Origin: an uncultured Saccharothrix sp.
Lineage (GTDB): Bacteria > Actinomycetota > Actinomycetes > Mycobacteriales > Pseudonocardiaceae
Reading direction: 5' to 3'
Length of the DNA stretch: 64,000 nt
Assembly: GCA_965995405.1 (NCBI GenBank)
Contig: CBHFOL010000007.1
Span: 174 to 64,173, forward strand
The notes under the pieces are model-generated. The model had not been told where the DNA came from. It did no database searches and saw only the letters and a program-made list of their open reading frames with translations. Below, one piece after another: positions 45,576 through 53,819 of this stretch (position 1 is its first letter; each line of letters opens with the position of its first letter). The position numbers and the translations under genes were made by a program.

Positions 45576-46079
45576 ATGGTTGCCGTCCGGCGGATAGCGC
45601 TCATCGTGGTGGACACGGCCCTGCTGCTCACGGCCTGGGCACTCCCGGCAGTCGCGCAGCACGCACCGGCGACCGTGGCGCGGATCGCGGGTGCGGCGAA
45701 CCCGTTGCCGGGCTGTGCGGTCACCTTCGCGCCGGACGTGGGCAGCGACGAGGGGAGGTCGTGTCTGACACCCGCGTCCGGGACCGGCGTCCAGGCGCAG
45801 AGCTGCGCGTTCACCTACTACGAGAACGGCCCGTACGGTTCGCCCGACTGGCGGAACGGCTGGAGCGTGTGCGTGGCCGGCTGGGGCAACTACTACGTGC
45901 CGCTCGCCCTCAACGACAAGGCCAGCTCCTGGGACTCCTGCGCCACCGGCACGTTCTACGCCAACCAGCCCAACACCGATCCCCGTGCGGGCTTCCCGCC
46001 CGACAGCGCCGGGAACTTCCCCCGGGGCGGCGTCGCCAACGACGCGCTGTCCTCGGCCTACGTCAACTACCCGTGCTGA
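45576..46079 (+). CDS. Secreted Cys-containing protein with beta/gamma-crystallin or peptidase-inhibitor-I36-like motifs
   Basis: Signal peptide (AVA-Q), NDKASSW and NDALSS motifs; GAGGAGG upstream. Confidence 0.55.
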   Translation: MVAVRRIALIVVDTALLLTAWALPAVAQHAPATVARIAGAANPLPGCAVTFAPDVGSDEGRSCLTPASGTGVQAQSCAFTYYENGPYGSPDWRNGWSVCVAGWGNYYVPLALNDKASSWDSCATGTFYANQPNTDPRAGFPPDSAGNFPRGGVANDALSSAYVNYPC

Positions 46080-46107
46080 TCACGACGAGCCCGGAGGAGG
46101 ACCGACC

Positions 46108-47628
46108 ATGTTCCGCTTGACCGCGTTCGCCGCGGGAATCGCGTTGTGCGCCATGGCTTTGCCCGCATCGGCCCAGCCGGAGCCCGCCGCCCTGTCCCCG
46201 GCCCGGCCGGTGGCCCTGGTGGCGGGTCAGGGCGTGGGCGACATCAACCACACCAGGGACCGCTTCACCGTGTACGCCACGGATCTCGGGATCATGTGGC
46301 GCGACAGCCAGGGGCGGGTAGCGACCGCGTTCGGCGACACCTACGGCGCGGACTGGGTCGGCAACGGCGCGGGCGGCCCCGCCGACTGGCGCTTCAACAC
46401 CCTGGCCCACTCCACCGACCCGGACCTGACCGACGGCATGACCATCGACTCGATGGTCACCGACCGGCCCGGCCACGCCAAGGAGATCCTGCCGCGCGAC
46501 CCGTCCGTGCCCGAGGAGACCGAGATCCCGACGGCGGGGATCAGCGCCGGTTCGCGGGACTACCTGCACTACATGTCGGTGCGCCGGTGGGGTCCCGCCG
46601 AAGGCCACTGGCAGACCAACTACGCGGGCCTCGCCTACTCCGACGACGGCGGCCGGACCTGGGTCAAACCGGCTTCCGCGCGCTGGGCGAACGTCGGCGG
46701 CACGGGCCGGTTCCAGGTGGGCGCGTTCGCGAAGAAGGACGGGTACGTGTACCTCTTCGGCACGCCGAACGGCCGGTTCGGCAACGCCCAGGTCGCCCGG
46801 GTCCCCGAGTCGCGGGTGCTGGACGTGCCGGCCTACGAGTACTGGACCGCCGGCGGCTGGCGGGCGGGCCCGGCGGACGACGCGGTGCCGGTGCTGTCCG
46901 GCCCGGTCGGCGAGCTTTCGGTGCTGTACAACAACAACCTGGGCCGCTGGGTCGCGCTGCACCTGGACCTGGACCGGCGAGCCATCGTGCTGCGCACCGC
47001 GCCCGCGCCGAACGGGCCGTGGACCGGCGGTCAGATCGTGGCGCACAACGACGACTACCCCGGGCTCTACGGGTCGTACCTGCACCCGGACAGCGCCGAC
47101 GGGCCGGACCTGTACTTCGCGATGTCCCAGTGGGCGCCGTACCACGTGCGGCTGATGCGACTCCGGCTCGCCGACCTCGCGTTGAGCGACAACCTGGTGC
47201 AGGACGGCGGTTTCGAGGACCGACCGGCGGGCGCGGGACCGGCTCCGTGGCGGATCAACGGCCGGGGCGGCGTGGACTACGGCGGGCAGTCGCACTCGGG
47301 GACGAACAACGGGTGGGTCCGGCACGATTCCGGGTGGAACGACCTGTACCAGCACATCGTCGTGCAGCCGGGTGGGCGGTACCGGCTCACCGGGTGGCTG
47401 CGCAGCTCGGACACGAACACGGCCGGGTACTTCGGCGTCCGGAAGCCGTTCGGGCAGGGTGTGGTGGCGGAACAGCCGTTCGGCCACCTCGCCGGGTACA
47501 CGCGGCTGAGTGTCGACTTCACGGCGGGCGCCGACCCGGACCTCGAAGTGTTCGCGGGCGGGTGGTCGCCGGCCGGCCGGGACTTCTGGATCCAGCTGGA
47601 CGACGTGGTGCTGAGCCGGATCGGCTGA
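46108..47628 (+). CDS. Secreted DUF4185 protein (GH183 endo-D-arabinanase-like) with C-terminal CBM-like domain
   Basis: Signal peptide, ATDLG, FGDT, IPTAG, YPGLYGSY, MSQWAPY; DGGFE..W CBM4/9-like tail. Confidence 0.8.
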   Translation: MFRLTAFAAGIALCAMALPASAQPEPAALSPARPVALVAGQGVGDINHTRDRFTVYATDLGIMWRDSQGRVATAFGDTYGADWVGNGAGGPADWRFNTLAHSTDPDLTDGMTIDSMVTDRPGHAKEILPRDPSVPEETEIPTAGISAGSRDYLHYMSVRRWGPAEGHWQTNYAGLAYSDDGGRTWVKPASARWANVGGTGRFQVGAFAKKDGYVYLFGTPNGRFGNAQVARVPESRVLDVPAYEYWTAGGWRAGPADDAVPVLSGPVGELSVLYNNNLGRWVALHLDLDRRAIVLRTAPAPNGPWTGGQIVAHNDDYPGLYGSYLHPDSADGPDLYFAMSQWAPYHVRLMRLRLADLALSDNLVQDGGFEDRPAGAGPAPWRINGRGGVDYGGQSHSGTNNGWVRHDSGWNDLYQHIVVQPGGRYRLTGWLRSSDTNTAGYFGVRKPFGQGVVAEQPFGHLAGYTRLSVDFTAGADPDLEVFAGGWSPAGRDFWIQLDDVVLSRIG

Positions 47629-47711
47629 GCGGGGTCGTCGTACCTGCTCGGCGTCTTCCCCGGCGACCGCGTCCCGTGATGAGGTCAGGGCTCACTGCGG
47701 GGGAGGCGATC

Positions 47712-48884
47712 ATGGCTGAGACCACGGATGTGGTCGTGATCGGTGCGGGTGTGGCGGGCCTGACCGTGGCGAACCTGTTGCAGCGGGCCGGGATCGGCTG
47801 TGTGGTGCTGGAACGGCAGAGTCGGGCGCACGTGGAGCAGCGGCAGCGGGCCGGGGTGCTCGACTTCGCCGCCGAGCAGGTCTACGTGCGGGCGGGGTTC
47901 GAGGAGCGGCTGTTGGCCGGGGTGCCCCGGTCCGGCGTGATCGAGTTCCGGATCGACGGCGTGGGGCGGATGTTCGACGCCGCGCGGCACACCGACGGGC
48001 GGATCGGGCGGCTGTTACCGCAGCAGTTGTTGGTGCGGCGGCTCATCGCCGCGTTCCTGGACGGCGGTGGAGACCTGCGGTTCGAGGCGGCGGACGTCGT
48101 GCCGCACGGTCTCCCCGACCGGCCGTACGTCACCTACCGCGACCCGTCGGGTGTCGAGTACCGGGTCGACGGTGAGTACGTGGCCGGTTGCGACGGTTTC
48201 CACGGGGTCAGCCGCACCGCCGTGCCGCCGGACGCCGTCACCACCCACCGGTTCTCCGACGACGTCGGCTGGTTCACCGTGCTGGCCGACTCGCCGCCGC
48301 CGGCGCATCCGCTGATCGCGTTGAGCCGCCACGGGTTCGCCGCGCACTTCGGGCGTGGGCCGCAGGCGAGCCGGTTCTACCTCCAGTGCCCGGCGGCCGA
48401 CGATCCGCAGACGTGGTCGGACGACCGGGTGTGGCGGCAGTTGCGGTTGCGGTTGGCCGATGACGGGCTGCCCGGCGGTCCGATCGTGGAGAAGGCCGTG
48501 ATCGACGTGCGCAGCTTCGTGGTCGACCCCATGTCCTACGGCAGGCTGTACCTCGTCGGGGACGCGGCGCACATCGTCCCGCCGATGGGCGGCAAGGGGA
48601 TGAACCTCGCGATCGCCGACGCCGACGTGCTGGCCGGGGCGCTGTCCGCCGCCGTTCGCGACGGGGACGACCGGCTGTTGCGCGAGTACTCCCCCACCTG
48701 CCTGCGCCGGGTGTGGAACGACCAGGAGTTCTCCCGCTGGATGTCCGAGATGGTGTTCCACGGCGCGGACCCGACCACCGCCGGCCCGTTCCGATGGCAA
48801 CTCGCCCGGTCGCGGCTCGACCGGCTGTTCACGTCGGACTCGGCGGCGAAGGCGTTCGCCGAGCTGATGGCCGGGACGGCGTGA
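47712..48884 (+). CDS. 4-hydroxybenzoate 3-monooxygenase (PobA)-like flavoprotein hydroxylase
   Basis: GAGVAG, QRAGVL, GCDGFHGVSR, GDAAHIVPPMGGKGMNLA. Confidence 0.85.
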   Translation: MAETTDVVVIGAGVAGLTVANLLQRAGIGCVVLERQSRAHVEQRQRAGVLDFAAEQVYVRAGFEERLLAGVPRSGVIEFRIDGVGRMFDAARHTDGRIGRLLPQQLLVRRLIAAFLDGGGDLRFEAADVVPHGLPDRPYVTYRDPSGVEYRVDGEYVAGCDGFHGVSRTAVPPDAVTTHRFSDDVGWFTVLADSPPPAHPLIALSRHGFAAHFGRGPQASRFYLQCPAADDPQTWSDDRVWRQLRLRLADDGLPGGPIVEKAVIDVRSFVVDPMSYGRLYLVGDAAHIVPPMGGKGMNLAIADADVLAGALSAAVRDGDDRLLREYSPTCLRRVWNDQEFSRWMSEMVFHGADPTTAGPFRWQLARSRLDRLFTSDSAAKAFAELMAGTA

Positions 48885-49280
48885 CGCCGAGGTTGCCTCG
48901 GCGAGGTTGATCAGCCGATGCCGGCCCGGGGTTCGAGCGCGCCGCCGAAGTTCCTTCGCGGCGGCACGGTGGTACGGCCGCAGCTGTGGACGCCTCGATT
49001 TCACCCCTTCGTGCGACAAACCCGCCGAACCGCGGCCCCTGCTGCCCCCGTTCGGGAGGAATAGCCCAGGTCCGGGTGCTCCCGACGAATCAAAACAGCC
49101 CGATGAACAGTGCGCGAGAGTCGGCCGCAATAGGGCGGCCAACGCCGACTGCACCGGCTTCTGCACATCGAAATCGCTGGTCAGGCAGCTCATCACGATG
49201 CCCGGGTGTGATCAGATTTGATCTTGAAATGATCCAGACCGTGTTTGCGGGATTCCATGGCTGTCAGCCAGAGTTCCCAT

Positions 49281-50480
49281 ATGAGCAAGACCTCCGTGCC
49301 TCCTGGTGACGACGGCCTGCCGACGCACTACCCGTCGGTGCCGTCCGATGAGCCGACCCTCCCCGCCGGAACGCAGGGCGAGCTGTGCTTGGCGGAAAAT
49401 GCGGCAGGGGCACTTCAGCAGGCGCTCCAGGTTGTTCCCGACGTCCAGGCGTACTTGACGTGCCTCAAGCTGCGAGACGTGCTGAGGTCCGCGCGGCTGA
49501 CCGGGCTCACCGCCATGCCCACGGAAACGTGGGTGGCGGCGCTGAGGCTGTCGCCCCACCACCCCGAAGCGGAGTCCCAGCCCGATCCGGAGACCGAGGC
49601 ACGGATACGCGGCCACCTCGTCGGCCGGTTCATCCGGGGATCGGGACTGCTGGACCGGAAGATCGCCAAGGGTGGGCACAACGGCATCGAACTGCTGGGC
49701 GAAGTCAGCGCCGTGCTCACCGATCAACCGGTGCGGTCGTGGGAGGAGGGCCTCCGGCAGACGGAGGGTTTCCTCACCGCCGGGCCGGGCGGCGCACCCT
49801 ACGTGCGGACCGCGCCTCCGGGCGAGCCGCTGGTGCGGGCGGTGTTGGAGTGGGATCGGTGGGTCGCACGGGCCGGTGTCGGGCCACGCCTGGCCAAGAT
49901 CGCGGTGGCGCACCTGCTGCTGGAGTTGCTGCAACCGTACCCCCGGGCCAACGGGCACCTGGCGAGATTGTTCTCCAGCGGCGAGATGGTGCGTCAAGGC
50001 GTTGTACGGCAGCCGGTGTTGTCACTGGCACCGTGGCTGGACGACCACGCCGACGAGTACCGCACACGGATCCGGGCCGTCGTCGAAGGCGGGCCGTGGT
50101 GGGAGTGGATCGAGTTCTTCGCCCGTGGTGTGGGCGAACAGGCCAGGCGCAACCTCGCGCTGATCGGCAGGCTGGACGACCTGCGCACTGAACTGACCGA
50201 GCGCGTCACGGGGTCGCGCGCGTTGCGGGAAGTCCTGGCCGCGCTGCCCACGTCGCCGGTCACCAGCATCCAGGTGCTGGCCTTCCAGCACGGACTCAAG
50301 CCCAAGACAGCCGCCCAGTTCACCCGCCGACTGGTGGCCGAGCAAGTGCTGCGGGTGGTCGCCGAACACCCGATCAAGGTGTTCGTGTGCGAGGAGGCGA
50401 TGGACGTGTTGACCTTCGACGCCACCGTACCCCGAACCGATCTACCGGTGCTGTCGGCACCTGACACGAACGATCGATGA
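49281..50480 (+). CDS. Fic-family protein with degenerate catalytic motif, copy 2
   Basis: LAENAAGAL Fic_N, QPYPRANGHLAR, C-terminal HTH; start uncertain (49245 or 49281). Confidence 0.78.
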   Translation: MSKTSVPPGDDGLPTHYPSVPSDEPTLPAGTQGELCLAENAAGALQQALQVVPDVQAYLTCLKLRDVLRSARLTGLTAMPTETWVAALRLSPHHPEAESQPDPETEARIRGHLVGRFIRGSGLLDRKIAKGGHNGIELLGEVSAVLTDQPVRSWEEGLRQTEGFLTAGPGGAPYVRTAPPGEPLVRAVLEWDRWVARAGVGPRLAKIAVAHLLLELLQPYPRANGHLARLFSSGEMVRQGVVRQPVLSLAPWLDDHADEYRTRIRAVVEGGPWWEWIEFFARGVGEQARRNLALIGRLDDLRTELTERVTGSRALREVLAALPTSPVTSIQVLAFQHGLKPKTAAQFTRRLVAEQVLRVVAEHPIKVFVCEEAMDVLTFDATVPRTDLPVLSAPDTNDR

Positions 50481-50505
50481 AAACCCCTCTCCAGGAAGAT
50501 TCAAC

Positions 50506-50748
50506 GTGACCGAGTCCGAGCCTCCCCGTTCCCCTCGTCCTGCTTCGGTTCCGCCGCCCCGGCGGAACGCCCCACGCCTACGTCGCCCCTCCGGTGGCTA
50601 CCGCTACCGGCGCGCCTCCCGACCGCGCCCGACCGGACCATGGCCGCGTTTGGTGGGTTCGACCGTGTTCAAAGGGGTTTCGATCGTGATCGGCGCACTG
50701 CACCTGGTTCTCGACCACCTGATCCCGTGGCTGTTACCCCGGGGCTGA
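50506..50748 (+). CDS. Small hypothetical Pro/Arg-rich protein with C-terminal hydrophobic helix
   Basis: AGGAAG upstream; KGVSIVIGALHLVLDHLIPWLL. Confidence 0.4.
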   Translation: MTESEPPRSPRPASVPPPRRNAPRLRRPSGGYRYRRASRPRPTGPWPRLVGSTVFKGVSIVIGALHLVLDHLIPWLLPRG

Positions 50749-51864
50749 GAAGCGGGGTGCCGGTGCCGGATAGCGGTCGGGCACCGCAGGCGGCAGCGGC
50801 CGGTCGTGGTCGTGGGCCAGCAGGCGACGGACGTGGTCGGCGGCATCGTCGTCCACGTCCACGAGCAGGGCCAAGGCGTCGCTGAACCGGCGCTTGGCCG
50901 CGCCGATCGCGCCGGAAGCCCACAGGGCGCGTCCGGACCACTCGAAGATCAGGGCCTGCTCGACCGGGGGGAAGTCCGTGAGCGCGCGAACGGCGTGCTC
51001 CGCGCGGCGCGCCCAGTCCACGGCCAGATCCGCCCGGTCGTAGGACAGCAGGGCCGCCGCGGTCCCCGCGCGGACCCGGGCCAGGGCGGCGCGGTCCTCA
51101 TCGTTGCCGTACAACGACTCCAGCCGCTCGTAGCAGCGCAGTTCGAGATCACCGCGGCCACGCCGGCGGAACATGTCCGCCCGCCACCACAACAACCACG
51201 CCGCCTCTGTCGTCCGACCCGCCCGTCGCCACAGGTCCCACTCCCGGAGCGCGTACTCCTCCGCCGAGGCGAGGTCTCCGCGGCCTTCGAACCACACCCA
51301 CGCCGAACGCAGCAGTCCCGCCATCGTCTCAGGAGCCCGCCCCGTCACCGCCGCGTGGACGCCCACCTCGGTCAGCGCCCGGACGAACCCGGAGTCGAAT
51401 GCCGCCGCGTCCGCCGCGTCCCACAGCAGTGTGGCCAAGGACGAGGCTGATGACGACCGGCCCACCGCGTTCGCCGCGCCGGCAACGCCCAGCACGCAGT
51501 CCCGGTGGTCATGCACCCAACGACGGGCGGCACCCTCGTCCCCGGCCGGATCCGCGCCGGATCCGCGCAGCGCCACCGAGGCATCCGCCAGGAGGCGCAG
51601 CGTTCCTTCGGCGATCCGCTCGACAACCTCGACCACACGCCCCGACCCGATGTCGACCGTCCGGGACGTCCCGCCGGAGACCAGTCGGCCGTCCGGTCTT
51701 CGCCGTACCGCGAACCGATCGCCGAGGGCCAGTCCGTCCACTACCGCCACCTCGACCCCGGCGGCCAGTGCCACCAGCCACGCGGGCAACGCGTCCACCG
51801 CGACAACCTCGAAGAGCACCGGTAATACGTCGATCACGGCGGACTCGTCCCGCGCCTGGCTCAC
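50734..51864 (-). CDS. NTPase-less STAND-type wHTH/TPR protein, copy 2
   Basis: AARRWVHDHR (cf. AQAWLDAER in AfsR), TPR-like helices, RFSDALALLVDVD; no P-loop. Confidence 0.65.
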   Translation of the reverse strand: MSQARDESAVIDVLPVLFEVVAVDALPAWLVALAAGVEVAVVDGLALGDRFAVRRRPDGRLVSGGTSRTVDIGSGRVVEVVERIAEGTLRLLADASVALRGSGADPAGDEGAARRWVHDHRDCVLGVAGAANAVGRSSSASSLATLLWDAADAAAFDSGFVRALTEVGVHAAVTGRAPETMAGLLRSAWVWFEGRGDLASAEEYALREWDLWRRAGRTTEAAWLLWWRADMFRRRGRGDLELRCYERLESLYGNDEDRAALARVRAGTAAALLSYDRADLAVDWARRAEHAVRALTDFPPVEQALIFEWSGRALWASGAIGAAKRRFSDALALLVDVDDDAADHVRRLLAHDHDRPLPPAVPDRYPAPAPRFSAPG

Positions 51865-52303
51865 CGGCAACAACTCCTCGGCCGCTCCTGCAACTCCACA
51901 CCCGGCCGCCGTCCACGGCCGCCCCGACTTCGCCGCTACTCGACGCAACCTCTGATCATCCCGTGAACACGTGCCGAAAGGATCCCCACTCGACCCTTCT
52001 CCGTAGTCCCATCCTCCACCCCGCTCCGCGCGACTCCGTCGGCGGCCAGCGGGAACACACCCCTAGTCATTCCACATGATGATCATCAAAGTCAACCGAA
52101 CGAGTGAATACGTCGAATGACGGGGTGACGCCGAACGCAACAGCCCGCGCGACCGGGACGACCATCGACCGTGACCGCACACGACCCGTGTCATCGGGGC
52201 CGCCCTGTCCTGAGGAGGAACCCGAGGCGTGACGTCAGGCGGCACATCGGCGTCACGCCTGTTCCTGTGCCGACGGGGCCGGCAAGGCTGAGGGGAGCTG
52301 CCG

Positions 52304-53050
52304 ATGTGCGCCGAAATACGCCTGCTGGGAACGCTCGATGTGACGGGGCCGCACGGGCCGGTGTCCTGGACCGGGGCACGGCGGAAGGCCGTGTTCGCCA
52401 TGTTCGCCCTGCGTCCCGGGCGGCTGGTGTCCCGGTCGTCGCTGATCGACGGGCTGTGGGCCGACGCGGTGCCGCCTACCGCGCTGAAGACGCTCCAAGG
52501 GCATGTCGCCCAGGTGCGCAAGGCACTGTCCGCCGCCGGGCTCGTCGGGGTGCTGGTCACCCGTGACCCCGGCTACCTGCTCCGGATCGACACCGCGCTC
52601 GTGGACATCCACCGCTTCGAGGAGCACGTCCGGGCCGGGCGGCACGCGTTGGAGCACGGCGACCCCGCCACCGCGATCGACCGGCTCGAAGCGGGGCTCG
52701 CGCTCTGGCGCGGCGATCCGCTGGCCGACTGCCCGGTCACCGGCTGGGCCGACGCCGAGCTCACCCGGCTGCGGGAAACCCGGGCCCTGGCGGAGGAACG
52801 GCTGGTCACCGCGCTGTGCCTGCTCGACCGGCACGCCGAGGCGATCGGCGAACTGGAGCGCTTGGTGGCCCGCTACCCGCTCCGGGAACGGCTGTGGGAA
52901 CTGCTCATGACCGCCCAGCACCGCTCCGGCCGGCCCGCCGACGCGTTGCGCACCTACCGACGCGTCCGCGCCGTCCTGGTGGACGGGTTCGGGCTGGAAC
53001 CGGGTCTCGGGCTGCGCCGGCTGGAGGCGGCGGTGCTGGACGGACGGTGA
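52304..53050 (+). CDS. SARP-family regulator (wHTH + BTAD only)
   Basis: IRLLGTLDV, LQGHVAQVRK, GYLLRID, LRERLWELLM. Confidence 0.92.
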   Translation: MCAEIRLLGTLDVTGPHGPVSWTGARRKAVFAMFALRPGRLVSRSSLIDGLWADAVPPTALKTLQGHVAQVRKALSAAGLVGVLVTRDPGYLLRIDTALVDIHRFEEHVRAGRHALEHGDPATAIDRLEAGLALWRGDPLADCPVTGWADAELTRLRETRALAEERLVTALCLLDRHAEAIGELERLVARYPLRERLWELLMTAQHRSGRPADALRTYRRVRAVLVDGFGLEPGLGLRRLEAAVLDGR

Positions 53051-53062
53051 GCGCGGACGACT

Positions 53063-53095
53063 CCCGCGTCCCGTCGGGTTTCGGCGGGACGCGGG
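53063..53095. terminator. Hairpin terminator between convergent genes
   Basis: CCCGCGTCCCGTCG-GGTTT-CGGCGGGACGCGGG. Confidence 0.7.
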
Positions 53096-53106
53096 GTCTG
53101 CTCACG

Positions 53107-53712
53107 TCAGCACGGGAGCGTGGTCACCGAGAAACCGTTGGTGCCGATGGACACGCCGGTCTTCGTGCCCGCTTCATTGCCGTTGGTGTCCCCCACGATG
53201 TTCCAGACCGAGACGAAGGTATTCGGGATCACGCTCGGGAGGACGTCGTCCGCGTGGTCGTCGTCGGTGTACCTGATCTCGTCGAAGGTGCCGACGCTCA
53301 CGTTCCGCACGCATTCGCCGACCGGAGCCACGAAGATCAGGAACGGCACGGAGCACCCGTTGACCTCGGTGAGGTCTCCCGGCGTCGCCTTGGCGCGCAT
53401 ACAGAGCACGATGGCCAGCCGCCGGCCGCTGTCGATGACGTTGAGCGTCGCCGTGGCGACGATGTCCGGCCCGTGGCCCTCGAAATCGTTGTTCCCGGTG
53501 CCGACCTTCGGCGGGATGAACCTCCCCGACACCGGGATCCGCAGCACCGGCACGTTGGTGACCGTCAACGGGGCGACGGTCTGCTCGGCCGGCCCGACCG
53601 CCGAGGCGGACGGCACGACCACCAGGCCGAGCGTGACCGCGGCCAGCCCGACGACGACCGCGAACCGCCGCCGGACCACCCTCCAGGACTTCAAAAATCG
53701 CCAGTTTTCCAT
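53107..53712 (-). CDS. Secreted hypothetical protein (beta-rich, 4 Cys)
   Basis: Arg-rich n-region, hydrophobic h-region, ASA cleavage site; AGGGAGGG upstream. Confidence 0.7.
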   Translation of the reverse strand: MENWRFLKSWRVVRRRFAVVVGLAAVTLGLVVVPSASAVGPAEQTVAPLTVTNVPVLRIPVSGRFIPPKVGTGNNDFEGHGPDIVATATLNVIDSGRRLAIVLCMRAKATPGDLTEVNGCSVPFLIFVAPVGECVRNVSVGTFDEIRYTDDDHADDVLPSVIPNTFVSVWNIVGDTNGNEAGTKTGVSIGTNGFSVTTLPC

Positions 53713-53819
53713 GCGCGACCCCTCCCTGTTCGAAATACTCCCCAGCACGCCGCGAACGAATCGAAAGGCGTGTCGGGAACATTTCTACGACCACCCGGTG
53801 GTGTGCCGGCAGTGAACCG

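Noticed and set aside
39670-51948. Composite transposon or recent direct repeat formed by the two Fic/TPR modules
   Set aside because: Copies are highly diverged in DNA; no transposase, terminal repeats or target duplication
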